Shown piece by piece: positions 18,692-28,883 of a stretch of 64,000 bases of DNA (position 1 is the stretch's first letter; the number at the start of each line of letters is the position of its first letter). This DNA is from an uncultured Alphaproteobacteria bacterium. GTDB taxonomy: Bacteria; Pseudomonadota; Alphaproteobacteria; Methylaequorales; Methylaequoraceae. The position numbers were made by a program, and so were the translations under genes. Below the pieces are notes generated by a model, which was given only the letters and a program-made list of their open reading frames with translations, ran no database searches and was not told the DNA's origin. The DNA lies in contig CAZAFN010000003.1 in assembly GCA_964484795.1 (NCBI GenBank), forward strand, positions 789 to 64,788, in the 5' to 3' direction.

Positions 18692-21600
18692 CAAAAAATT
18701 TATACATCTTAGAAATTACACACAATATTCATTGTCTAAAGGTGCTCTTAGGATTTCAGATATTGTAGACTTTTGTAAAGAAAATAATTCTCCTGCTTCA
18801 GCAATTACTGATTTTAACAATTTATTTGGTTGCATGCAGTTTTCACTAACTTGTAAAGAAAATGGTATTCAACCTATAATTGGATGCAACTTATTTTTAG
18901 TAGATGAAAATTATGAAAGTGGATATGTTCTGTTGTTGGCCAAAAATAAAATTGGATATGTTAATTTATCTAAATTAGTTTCATCATCCTATCTGGATAA
19001 TTCAAAAGATAGTAATCCCCATATTAAGTTTGATAATCTAGAATATTCTTCAAAGGGGTTAATTTGTTTGGCTGGTGGTGAATTAGGTTTAGTTACTAAG
19101 AATTTTCGTGAAAACAATCCAATTAAAAGTAATGGGATTATTCAAAAATTAGTTAAATATTTTAATGATGATTTCTTCATTGAAATTCAAAGAAAAAATG
19201 ATGAAAACTCAAGAGATTTAGGTTATGAAAATTACTTGCTAAACCTTTCTATAAAACAAAAAATACCTATAGTTGCTACGAATGAGAATTATTTTTTAGA
19301 TAAAAAATTTTATAATTCTCATGATGCACTTCTTAGTATTTCTCAACAAAAATATATAGATACTGAAGATAGGATTAAAAGTAATGTTGATTCTTATCTA
19401 AAAGATCCAGATGAGATGTGTGAATTGTTTTCAGACCTACCTCAGGCTTGCTTAAACAGCTTATCTATAGCAAAAAAATGTTGTTTTTTTCTTAATGAAA
19501 AGGAACCATCACTCCCAAAATTAGTGACTGGCCGTATCAATGAAAATGATATGTTAAGAGAAAAATCTCTTGATGGTTTAAAAAAAAGATTTAATCAGAT
19601 AAGAGTATGTGAAGATGAAACTATTTATATTAAAAGGTTAAATTTTGAATTAGATATTATCGTTTCTATGGGATATTCAAGTTATTTTCTCATAGTTGCA
19701 GATTTTATAAGTTGGGCAAAAAAAAATCAAATACCAGTAGGTCCAGGAAGGGGGTCTGGAGCTGGATCACTTGTAGCTTGGTCTTTATCTATTACCAATC
19801 TAGATCCTATAAGGTTTGGCTTATTGTTTGAAAGATTTTTAAATCCAGAAAGAATATCGTTACCTGATTTTGATATAGATTTTTGCAACGAAAGACGAGA
19901 TGATGTTATAAGATATGTTCAAAGAAAATATGGAAAATCCAATGTTGCACAAATAATTACATTTGGATCATTTCAAGCCAGAGCAGCTTTACGTGATGTA
20001 GGAAGAGTTTTACAACTTCCACTTAATCAGGTTGATGAAATTTGTAAAATGATTCCAAATAATCCGGCACAACCAATAAGTTTAAAAGAGTTTGTCAAAA
20101 ATAATGATAAAATTAAAAAAATATTAAGAGATGATTTAAATATAAAAAAACTCTTTAAGATTTCTATTGATTTAGAAGGTTTGTTAAGGCATGCATCTAC
20201 ACATGCTGCAGGTATTGTGATTTCTGACAAGCCTCTAGCTGGAATTATACCTCTGTACAAGGAACCTAAGTCTGATTTTCCGGTAACTCAATTTTCAATG
20301 AAATATGTAGAGAAAATTGGCCTGATAAAATTTGATTTTTTAGGATTAAAAACGTAAACCGTAATTAGTGAAACTATTAAGCTTTTAAATCAAAGAGGGA
20401 TATCTGTTGATTTGGATAATCTACCATTAGATGACTCTAAAACATTTAAACTTTTGCGAAATGGCTTAACTACTGGAGTTTTTCAACTAGAAGGACAAGG
20501 TATGAGAGAAACAATTGTTAATATTGAGCCAGATAGATTTGAGGACTTAATTGCAGTTGTATCACTTTTTAGACCTGGCCCTATGGATAATATTCCTACT
20601 TATACTAAAAGAAAGCAAAACAAGGAGAGTTATAAATATATTCATCCAGCTCTAAAAGAAATTTTAGATGAAACCTATGGTATTATGGTTTATCAAGAAC
20701 AAGTTATGTTAATTGCTCAAAAAGTTGCTGGATTTAGTTTGGCAAAGGCAGATTTGCTTAGGAGAGCAATGGGGAAAAAAATAAAATCAGAAATGATTGC
20801 ACAAAGATCTAATTTTGTAGAAGGAGCTATGAAAAATGGAATAGAAAGAAAGAAAGCAATTCAACTGTTTGATGAAATAGAAAAATTTGCTGGTTACGGT
20901 TTTAATAAAAGTCATGCAGCAGCTTACGCTATGATTGCATACCAAACAGCTTATTTTAAAGCAAATTATCCTTTAGAGTTTTTTTGTGCACTAATGAATT
21001 GTGACATTGGAAATATTGAAAAACTGTCTATGTATTGCAGTGAAATAAAAAAATTTAATTTTAAAATAACCAAACCAGATATAAACAAATCAGATGTTAA
21101 TTTTATTTTAACTTATGATGAAAATAAAAAACCAACTGGAATAAGATTTGGATTAGGTGCAATTAAAAATGTTGGGCACAATTCAATAAATGAATTGATA
21201 ATTGAAAGAAATAAAAATGGAAGTTTTAAAAATTTATCTAATTTACTTAAAAGGGTTAGAAATACTGTGCTTAACAAAAAAATATTTGAGGCACTAATAT
21301 ACTCTGGTTCGCTTGAATGTTTGGAAACTAATCAAGGTTTTTTAGATGAAAATATTGAGAATATTATCAATTTTAATTCAAATTATCATAAGCATTTTAA
21401 TGAAAAGCAGGATGCTCTATTTTCAGATGATTTTAGTTTTAATGAACAATTTAAGCCCCAAAAAAAAAGTCAATGGGATTTAAACAAAAAATTAAAAATG
21501 GAATTTGAGGCATTTGGTTTTTACCTTTCAGATCATCCAACAAAATATTATATGAATTTATTTAAAGATATTAATTTGTCCAAATTATCAAAATTAAATG

Positions 21601-22103
21601 ATCGTACAAACTCTACAGATGATAATACTACTATTTTTTCTGCAATTTCATTGGTTTCTGATTATAAGGAGCGTATATCAAAATTTGGAAAAAGATTTTC
21701 CTTTTTAAGTATTTCTGATGAAACATCAAGTTTAGATGCCATTTGCTTTTCAGAGGTTTTAGAAAGCTTAGGTTTTAAAATTAATGTTGGTGAAATATAC
21801 ATTTTTAAACTTAGTTTACAAAAAATGAGGGATAGCAAAAAATTTTCTATAATTGATATAAAAAAAATTGATAATGTTAGAAGTAATTATCAGATTACTA
21901 TTAATCCTAAGGAACTTAATTTAGGAAAACTTAAGAAATTATTGGATAATAATGCCAAAGGTGAAAACAATTTATTTTTTAGAATTTTCCACTCAGACTG
22001 GGAGATTAATATTAAAACTGATATTAAATTTAAAGTAGATATTAACTTTGTTGATTCAATAGATAAAATAAATGGAATAATAGATATATCAAAAACAAAT
22101 TAA
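18669..22103 (+). pseudogene. dnaE: DNA polymerase III alpha subunit, interrupted as sequenced by one in-frame TAA at 20355-20357
   Basis: ORFs 18669-20357 and 20412-22103 are in the same frame. The read-through translation KFDFLGLKT*TVISETIKLLNQRGISVDLDNLPLDD is colinear with conserved DnaE. Other motifs: PHP N-terminus (FIHLRNYTQYSL), GPGRGSGAGSLVAWSLSIT, FDIDF, FQLEGQGMR, FRPGPM. The start is GTG 18669 or ATG 18672. Confidence 0.93.
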
Positions 22104-22112
22104 AAAATTTTC

Positions 22113-22141
22113 TTGAAAAAAACTATTTTAAAATGTAAATT
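22113..22141 (+). promoter_or_regulatory. Candidate sigma70-type promoter for rpsB-tsf (TTGAAA-17 nt-TAAATT)
   Basis: TTGAAA at 22113-22118 and TAAATT at 22136-22141 with a 17-nt spacer, in the only long spacer of the window. AT-rich background makes chance matches likely. Confidence 0.3.
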
Positions 22142-22157
22142 CCTTTTTGATTTCAAA

Positions 22158-22190
22158 CACGCAACTTCTCTGGTGTTTTTTTGTTGCGTG
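22158..22190 (+). promoter_or_regulatory. rpsB 5' leader hairpin (8-bp stem CACGCAAC/GTTGCGTG, 17-nt loop)
   Basis: Perfect 8-bp inverted repeat, 22158-22165 with 22183-22190. This is unusually GC-rich for the window. The loop CUCUGG (22168-22173) can pair with the rpsB SD CCGGAG (22200-22205). Confidence 0.45.
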
Positions 22191-22211
22191 AATGTATAAC
22201 CGGAGTATTAA

Positions 22212-22916
22212 ATGAAAAAAATTACTATCAAAGACTTATTAGATGCTGGCATCCATTTTGGACATAGAACTAATAGGTGGAATCCAAAAATGTCTGACTT
22301 TATTTATGGTCATAGAAATGGCATTCATATAATTGATTTGCAAAAAACTTTAATTTTTTTTAATGAAGCACTAACTTCAGTAAGTGAATATGCATCGCAA
22401 AACAAGAATATATTATTTGTTGGCACAAAAAGGCAAGCTTCAGACCTAATAGAAAAGTATGCTATAGAATGTAATCAATATTTTATAAACAAAAGATGGT
22501 TAGGTGGAATGTTAACTAATTGGGATACCATACAAAACTCTATTAAAAGACTTAAAAATCTAGAAGAAATTTTAATTAATAAAACTAGTTCTTATACTAA
22601 AAAAGAGCTTCTTAAATTTGAAAAAATGGTTGAAAAATTAAACAAAGCACTTGGTGGAATTAAAAATATGAATGGAAAGCCAGATTTATTGTTTATCATT
22701 GATACTAATAAGGAAATTCTAGCAGTTCAAGAGGCGAACAAGATAGGAATTCCAATCGTTGCGGTTATTGATTCAAATTCAAATCCAGAAGGAATAGAGC
22801 ATCCAATTCCAGGAAATGACGATGCAATTAGGTCTATCGAGTATTATTGCAGCTCAATAGCAGAGACAATAAAAAAAGCAAAAAATAAACAGGATGACAA
22901 GCAAGTTAAAAATTAA
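22212..22916 (+). CDS. rpsB: 30S ribosomal protein S2
   Basis: 234 aa with the HFGHRTNRWNPKM motif. SD GGAG lies 7 nt upstream of the ATG. Confidence 0.98.
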   Translation: MKKITIKDLLDAGIHFGHRTNRWNPKMSDFIYGHRNGIHIIDLQKTLIFFNEALTSVSEYASQNKNILFVGTKRQASDLIEKYAIECNQYFINKRWLGGMLTNWDTIQNSIKRLKNLEEILINKTSSYTKKELLKFEKMVEKLNKALGGIKNMNGKPDLLFIIDTNKEILAVQEANKIGIPIVAVIDSNSNPEGIEHPIPGNDDAIRSIEYYCSSIAETIKKAKNKQDDKQVKN

Positions 22917-22942
22917 AATGTTTAGACAAAATATTATAACTT

Positions 22943-23815
22943 ATGACAGTAACATCTAAAGATATTAAATTACTAAGAGATAAGACAGGTGCTGGAATAT
23001 TGGATTGTAAGAAAGCTTTAGATGAAACTACTGGCAATATCGAAAAAGCTATAGAATGGCTAAGAAAAAAAGGAATAAATACAGCAGAAAAAAAATCATC
23101 TAGAGATGCTTTAGATGGTCTTATTACTGTAGATTTCAACAATAATGGAGGAGTTGTTGTTGAAATTAATGCTGAAACAGATTTTGTTGCAAGAAATGAA
23201 AATTTCCAGAAATTTTGTGCTGATATTTCTAGTTTATGCTTAAAAAAACAAATTAATAATTTAGATGATCTTCTATCAGAAAGTTATCTTGGCAATGAAA
23301 AATCTGTCAAAGATGAGCTTGCTAATGTTATTTCAAAATTAGGTGAAAACATCGTAATTAAAAGATTTGAGCTTATTAATAATCAAAATTGTTTTTATCA
23401 AAAATATCTTCACAATTCAGTTAATGAAAATTCTGGGAAGATAGGTGTTTTGTTGGCATATACATCTAAAGAAAACAATAATGTAGTAAAAGAATTTTCT
23501 AAAAACATAGCTATGCACATTGCAGCAACAGAACCGAAATCTATTGACATTGAAAAATTAGACAAAAAAATAGTAGAGAAGGAAAAAGCAATCTATGAGG
23601 AGCAACTAAAATCTTCAGGTAAACCTCAAGATATAATTGAAAAAATAATTTCTGGTAAAATTAATAAGTTTTTTGAGCAAGTCTGCCTAATGGAACAGTT
23701 TTTTGTTATGGATGAGAAAAATAAAATTAAAAATTGTATAAAAGATTTTAACAATGCTAATAATTTAAATTTTGAATTATGCAGCTATTGTTTATTGAAA
23801 TTAGGACAAGAATAG
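22943..23815 (+). CDS. tsf: Elongation factor Ts
   Basis: 290 aa with the N-terminal UBA-like LRDKTGAGILDCKKAL motif. Conserved rpsB-tsf pairing. Confidence 0.97.
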   Translation: MTVTSKDIKLLRDKTGAGILDCKKALDETTGNIEKAIEWLRKKGINTAEKKSSRDALDGLITVDFNNNGGVVVEINAETDFVARNENFQKFCADISSLCLKKQINNLDDLLSESYLGNEKSVKDELANVISKLGENIVIKRFELINNQNCFYQKYLHNSVNENSGKIGVLLAYTSKENNNVVKEFSKNIAMHIAATEPKSIDIEKLDKKIVEKEKAIYEEQLKSSGKPQDIIEKIISGKINKFFEQVCLMEQFFVMDEKNKIKNCIKDFNNANNLNFELCSYCLLKLGQE

Positions 23816-23826
23816 AAAATTTTATT

Positions 23827-24540
23827 TTGAAGAATTTTAAAAATAAACTTATTATGCTTAAACTTTCTGGTGAAGCATTGATGGGAAAAAAAGATTTTGG
23901 CATTGATCTAGAGACAATTAATTCTATAACTGAGCAAATAGTAATTGCCTACAATAATGGAGTTAAGATTTCAATTGTTGTTGGTGGTGGCAATATATTT
24001 AGAGGTATTTTAGGTTCTTCGAAAGGAATGGACAGATCTTCAGCTGATTATACCGGGATGATGGCAACTGTAATTAACTCATTAATTCTTCAAAATATAA
24101 TTGAAAAAAAAGGTATTGATACCAGAGTTTTGTCTGCAATAAAAATGGATACCGTTTGTGAGCCGTATATTAAAAGAAGAGCTATAAGGCACATTGAAAA
24201 AAATAGAATTGTCATATTTGCTGCAGGGACTGGAAACCCGTTTTTTACAACAGATACTGCAGCGGCACTTAGAGCATCGGAAATGAAATGTGATATTTTG
24301 TTTAAAGCGACAAAAGTAGATGGAATTTATGACTCAGATCCAAAAAAAAATAAAAATGCAAAAAAATTATATAGCCTTAGTTATGATTATGTTATTAATA
24401 ATGACTTAAAAATTATGGATACTTCTTCAATATCGCTAGCAAAAGAAAATAAAATACCGATTATTGTTTTTTCTATATTGGAAAAGGACTCATTGATCAG
24501 TATTATTAAAGGGAAAGGTTCTTTTACAAAAATTTCATAA
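23827..24540 (+). CDS. pyrH: UMP kinase
   Basis: Contains the KLSGEAL and VVGGGNIFRG motifs. The start is uncertain. TTG 23827 gives MKNFKNKLIMLKLSGEAL without overlapping tsf. Alternatives are the track start at 23779 (37-nt overlap with tsf) and ATG 23854. Confidence 0.9.
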   Translation: MKNFKNKLIMLKLSGEALMGKKDFGIDLETINSITEQIVIAYNNGVKISIVVGGGNIFRGILGSSKGMDRSSADYTGMMATVINSLILQNIIEKKGIDTRVLSAIKMDTVCEPYIKRRAIRHIEKNRIVIFAAGTGNPFFTTDTAAALRASEMKCDILFKATKVDGIYDSDPKKNKNAKKLYSLSYDYVINNDLKIMDTSSISLAKENKIPIIVFSILEKDSLISIIKGKGSFTKIS

Positions 24541-24547
24541 AATCTAT

Positions 24548-25102
24548 ATGAGCATACAACTAGACAATTTTGAAGAAAAAATGAACAAAGCTCTTGAAAT
24601 ACTCAAAAGAGAATTTTCTGGATTAAGGACTGGAAGAGCTTCAGTTTCACTTCTAGAACCAATAATGGTTGATGCTTATGGAAGTAAAGTTCCCTTAAAC
24701 CAAGTTTCAAATGTAAGCGTTCCAGAACCAAGATTGTTAACTGTTCAGGTATGGGATGATAGCATAATTAATGTAGTTGAAAATTCTATACGAACTTCAG
24801 ATCTGGGACTGAATCCAATGATTGAAGGAAATTTAATTAGGATACCTATCCCAGAATTATCTGAAGAAAGAAGAAAAGAAATAGTAAAGATTGCTTCTAA
24901 ATATTCTGAAGATTGTAGAGTAGCAATCAGAAATATTAGACGTGAGGCTATGGATAAAATCAAAAGTTTGGAAAAAAACAAGGAAATATCTAAAGATGAG
25001 TCATTTCAATTTTCTGAAAATGTTCAACTTATGACAGACAAGTTTATAGAAATGATTGATACTCTTTTTAGTGATAAGGAGAAGGATATTCTCAAAGTGT
25101 AA
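24548..25102 (+). CDS. frr: Ribosome recycling factor
   Basis: 184 aa with LRTGRASVSLLEPIMVDAYG and the RNIRREA motif. Confidence 0.97.
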   Translation: MSIQLDNFEEKMNKALEILKREFSGLRTGRASVSLLEPIMVDAYGSKVPLNQVSNVSVPEPRLLTVQVWDDSIINVVENSIRTSDLGLNPMIEGNLIRIPIPELSEERRKEIVKIASKYSEDCRVAIRNIRREAMDKIKSLEKNKEISKDESFQFSENVQLMTDKFIEMIDTLFSDKEKDILKV

Positions 25103-25806
25103 TGACATTTAGTCAGAAATCATTTAAATCATTGCCTAACCATGTAGCATTCATAATGGATGGAAATAGAAGATGGGCAAAAAAAAACAAACTACCCATT
25201 ATTGAAGGTCATAAAATGGGTTCTGAAATTATAAAAAAAATTGTTAGGAAATCTCTAAAAATCAAAATTAAGTACTTAACTTTCTTTAGCTTTTCAACTG
25301 AAAACTGGAATAGAAGTAAGAGTGAAGTTTTTAAATTACAATCTTTGTTAAAGTTTTATTTGGATTCAGAAATTAATAATTTTATAAAATATAAAATAAA
25401 TTTTTCTGTTATAGGTAATACTGAAAAATTTGATCAACAGATTAAGAAAAAATTATTATATTTAAAAGAAATTACCTCATCATTTTCTGAGCTTTTTTTT
25501 GTTTTAGCTTTAAATTACGGATCAAGAAGTGAAATAATAGAGTCAGTAAAAAAAGTGAAAAAATCAAAAATTAGAAAATTAACCGAGAAAGATATTTCCA
25601 CAAATCTTATGACTAGTAAGATTCCTGATCCAGATTTTGTTATTAGAACATCAGGTGAAAAAAGATTGTCTAATTTTTTATTATGGCAAATTGCATATTC
25701 AGAACTTTATTTTACTAAGACTTTGTGGCCAGACTTTTCTATTCAGAAATACCAGATTGCTTTAAATGATTTTGTCAATAGAAAAAGAAGGTTTGGAGGG
25801 GATTAG
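25102..25806 (+). CDS. uppS: Undecaprenyl diphosphate synthase (cis-prenyltransferase)
   Basis: 234 aa with FIMDGNRRWA and the C-terminal RTSGEKRLSNFLLWQ ... RRFG. Confidence 0.96.
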   Translation: MTFSQKSFKSLPNHVAFIMDGNRRWAKKNKLPIIEGHKMGSEIIKKIVRKSLKIKIKYLTFFSFSTENWNRSKSEVFKLQSLLKFYLDSEINNFIKYKINFSVIGNTEKFDQQIKKKLLYLKEITSSFSELFFVLALNYGSRSEIIESVKKVKKSKIRKLTEKDISTNLMTSKIPDPDFVIRTSGEKRLSNFLLWQIAYSELYFTKTLWPDFSIQKYQIALNDFVNRKRRFGGD

Positions 25807-25807
25807 T

Positions 25808-26641
25808 ATGAATAATTTTCTGATGAGAACAATATCATCCTTTTTTTTATTTTTAATTTTTTTTACTCTTTTATTTAGTGAAGGATTTCTATTTATTTTT
25901 TTAATTCAGATTATGTTATTTATAACAATATGGGAATTTCTAAGATTACTTAGATTTAAATCTTCTGTAAGTAACTACCAAATTAACAACAATTTTTTTC
26001 TTAGTAGACAAAGAATTAGTTATGAGGATTATTGTCTAATTTTTTTGATATGCTTTCTTAATCTTTGTTTTTTTCTTTCTAATTTCTATTTTTCTTTTTT
26101 TTTTGTTATTTTAATCTTAATTTTTTATTTTTTTTATAAAATATTTAATTTCTCTGTTCTTAATATATTTGGTTTAACTTATTTTTCAGTTCCTTATTTT
26201 CTTATAATAAATCTGAAGATAGGTGAAACCTTCTACCATTTTTTTATTTTTATTATAATTTTTTCAATAATTACAGATGTTAGCGCTTATGTTGTAGGTA
26301 ATAGATTTAAGGGAATTAAATTAGCTAGAACTTTGAGTCCAAATAAAACAATTTCTGGTTTTTTGGGAGCAATAATAATACCATCATCAATATGTACAAT
26401 CATCTATTCTAACTCTTATGAATTTAATAAAATTTTTTTTACATGTGTTTTTTTCTCATTAATTGTTCAGTTTGGTGATTTATTGGAATCTTTTGTAAAA
26501 AGAAAATGTTTTGTAAAAGAAAGTAGTAATTTAATACCTGGACATGGAGGGATTATGGATAGACTTGATGGTGTTTTCCTTTTAATTATTGTAGTCTCAA
26601 TTTTAAATATTCTAGATTTTAATTTTTTCTTTATAGTATAG
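25808..26641 (+). CDS. cdsA: Phosphatidate cytidylyltransferase
   Basis: Polytopic membrane protein with SPNKTISGF and the PGHGGIMDRLDG signature. The start is moved to ATG 25808, just after the uppS stop; the track start at 25766 overlaps uppS. Confidence 0.93.
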   Translation: MNNFLMRTISSFFLFLIFFTLLFSEGFLFIFLIQIMLFITIWEFLRLLRFKSSVSNYQINNNFFLSRQRISYEDYCLIFLICFLNLCFFLSNFYFSFFFVILILIFYFFYKIFNFSVLNIFGLTYFSVPYFLIINLKIGETFYHFFIFIIIFSIITDVSAYVVGNRFKGIKLARTLSPNKTISGFLGAIIIPSSICTIIYSNSYEFNKIFFTCVFFSLIVQFGDLLESFVKRKCFVKESSNLIPGHGGIMDRLDGVFLLIIVVSILNILDFNFFFIV

Positions 26642-26663
26642 AATCTACAGAGGAAGATCTATT

Positions 26664-27830
26664 ATGAGAAAAAAGAAAGTCACAATTTTTGGATCAACAG
26701 GTTCAATTGGTTTATCAACTTTAGATGTAATAAATAATCATCCAGATAAATATGAAATAGTTGGTTTGTGCATTAATTCTAATTTCAAAAGACTTTCTGA
26801 ACAAGTTTCTATGTTTAATCCAAAAGTAGTTTCAATTAATAATCCAGAATCTTATGAAAGTTTTAAAGTATTAAATACTTCAAAAAATTTGAAAATTTTG
26901 AATGGAAGCAATGACTCTTATGATGAAATTCTTGAATATGATACAGACTTAGTTGTTGCAGCCATTACAGGTTCAGCGGGTTTAATGCCAGTAGTAGCTA
27001 CAGTTAAGAAAGGCATTTCAATGGCATTGGCAAACAAGGAAAGTTTGGTGTGTTCTGGTTCATTGATCACCTCAATAGCCAAAAAAAATAGAGCGCTAAT
27101 TTTGCCTGTTGATTCTGAACATAACGCAATGTACCAGGTGTTAGATTTTAAGAACAAATCAAAAGTTTCAAAGTTAATATTAACTGCTTCTGGCGGTCCT
27201 TTTTTGAATAAGAAAATTTCTGAGATGGTTGATATTTCTCCAGAAGAAGCCATTAAACATCCTAACTGGTCAATGGGGAAAAAAATTTCAGTTGATTCTG
27301 CTACAATGATGAATAAAGGCCTGGAATTGATTGAAGCACACTTTTTGTTTGATATTCCCTATGATAAAATTGAGATTGTCGTTCATCCGGAATCAATTAT
27401 CCATTCATGTGTTGAATATTTGGATGGTTCAATTCTTTCACAGATGGGGAACCCTGATATGAGAACACCAATTGCCTTTGCCTTGGCTTTTCCTGATAGA
27501 ATTAGTACGTCCGTAGAAAAATTAAAATTAAGTTCACTAAATAAATTAACTTTTTTTGAACCAGATTTTGAAAAATTTCCTTGTTTGGAGTTAGCTTATA
27601 ACTCATTAAGAATTAAAAAAAGTGCACCTACAATTCTTAATGCTTCCAATGAGGTGGCTGTTGATGCTTTTTTAAAGAAAAAAATAAAATTTCTCTCAAT
27701 TGCTAAAATTGTTGAAAAAACATTAAATAAAGCTTCAATTTCTGAGATTAATAGTATAAAAGATGTATTGGAAGTAGATGAAGAATCAAGAAGAATATCT
27801 AATGATTTGATTAATTCAGGAATTTTTTAA
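26664..27830 (+). CDS. dxr: 1-deoxy-D-xylulose 5-phosphate reductoisomerase
   Basis: 388 aa with the NADPH motif IFGSTGSIGLSTLDV, plus LANKESLV and NKGLELIEAH. Confidence 0.97.
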   Translation: MRKKKVTIFGSTGSIGLSTLDVINNHPDKYEIVGLCINSNFKRLSEQVSMFNPKVVSINNPESYESFKVLNTSKNLKILNGSNDSYDEILEYDTDLVVAAITGSAGLMPVVATVKKGISMALANKESLVCSGSLITSIAKKNRALILPVDSEHNAMYQVLDFKNKSKVSKLILTASGGPFLNKKISEMVDISPEEAIKHPNWSMGKKISVDSATMMNKGLELIEAHFLFDIPYDKIEIVVHPESIIHSCVEYLDGSILSQMGNPDMRTPIAFALAFPDRISTSVEKLKLSSLNKLTFFEPDFEKFPCLELAYNSLRIKKSAPTILNASNEVAVDAFLKKKIKFLSIAKIVEKTLNKASISEINSIKDVLEVDEESRRISNDLINSGIF

Positions 27831-27848
27831 AATTTAAATAATTTAACT

Positions 27849-28883
27849 ATGTTTGATAGTTTTTTAAATATTTTTCTCCCCTTTTTAATAATTTTGACAA
27901 TTTTAGTGTTTGTTCACGAATTAGGTCATTACCTAATAGCGAGATTAAATGGAGTTAAGGTAGAGGTTTTTTCCATAGGATTTGGTAAGGAATTATTTGG
28001 AATTACTGACAAATTAGGTACGAGATGGAAATTTTCATTGGTCCCTCTTGGTGGATATGTAAAAATGCATGGTGATCTTGATGAAGCAAGTACCAAAAAA
28101 AATGAAAAAAACTGTAATCCAAAATTTGCGTTTCATACTAAAACAATTTCACAGAGATCATGGATACTTTTTGCTGGGCCAGCAGCCAATTTTATATTTT
28201 CTTTCATTGTTCTAGTTTTTATTAATATTTTCTATGGCTATTCTGAAAACAAGCCAATTATTAGTGAATTAGAACAAGGAAAATCAGCTGAAGTTTCTGG
28301 ATTAAAGGTTGGAGATATAATTTTAGAGATTAATGGTAAAAAGATTTCTGACTTGATATCTCTCAAAGATATTATTTCAAAAAATAATAATAAAAATGTT
28401 TTAGTGACCTATAGTAGAAATGATTCAATTAATTCTGTAGATGTTTTGGTTGAAAATAAAAGAATTGGTATTAGGGGAACTATTGAAAAAAGGAAATTAA
28501 ATTTTTTTAATTCATGCTTGATATCTAGCAAGCAAATCTATCATTTTGTTAAGATCACATTAATTGGTATTTATGAAATGATTACAGGTTCAAGAGGAGC
28601 AGAGGATCTTGGAGGGCCAATTAAAATTGCCCAACTTGCAGGTGAATTTTGGAGTCAAGGTGTTCAACAAACATTGTGGTTTATGATGATAATCTCATTA
28701 AATTTAGGTTTAATAAATCTGTTTCCGGTCCCTATGCTTGATGGTGGGCATTTAATGCTTAATTTTATTGAATTTTTAAAAGGAGAGCCTTTAAACACAA
28801 AGGTTTTAGAAGTTATTCATACAATTGGGTTTGTAATACTTATATCTCTAATTTTATTTACATTTTACAATGATTTACAATGA
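27849..28883 (+). CDS. rseP: RIP zinc metalloprotease RseP (site-2 protease, single PDZ)
   Basis: 344 aa with HELGHY in TM1, a central PDZ (GLKVGDIILEINGK) and a C-terminal NLFPVPMLDGGH motif. Confidence 0.93.
   Translation: MFDSFLNIFLPFLIILTILVFVHELGHYLIARLNGVKVEVFSIGFGKELFGITDKLGTRWKFSLVPLGGYVKMHGDLDEASTKKNEKNCNPKFAFHTKTISQRSWILFAGPAANFIFSFIVLVFINIFYGYSENKPIISELEQGKSAEVSGLKVGDIILEINGKKISDLISLKDIISKNNNKNVLVTYSRNDSINSVDVLVENKRIGIRGTIEKRKLNFFNSCLISSKQIYHFVKITLIGIYEMITGSRGAEDLGGPIKIAQLAGEFWSQGVQQTLWFMMIISLNLGLINLFPVPMLDGGHLMLNFIEFLKGEPLNTKVLEVIHTIGFVILISLILFTFYNDLQ

Noticed and set aside
20355-20357. TAA reassigned as a sense codon (alternative genetic code) as the explanation for the dnaE stop
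   Set aside because: TAA is the ordinary terminator of many well-delimited genes in this window (for example nuoL, nuoN, lpxB and eno), with protein ends matching family expectations.
20358-20411. The apparent 54-nt gap between the two dnaE ORFs, considered as a real intergenic spacer, a naturally split two-polypeptide DnaE, or an intein/insertion site
   Set aside because: The gap is in frame with both halves and translates to conserved DnaE sequence (TVISETIKLLNQRGISVD). It has no extra length, no SD or ATG for a second cistron, and no intein-sized insert. The track start at 20412 is just an internal TTG.
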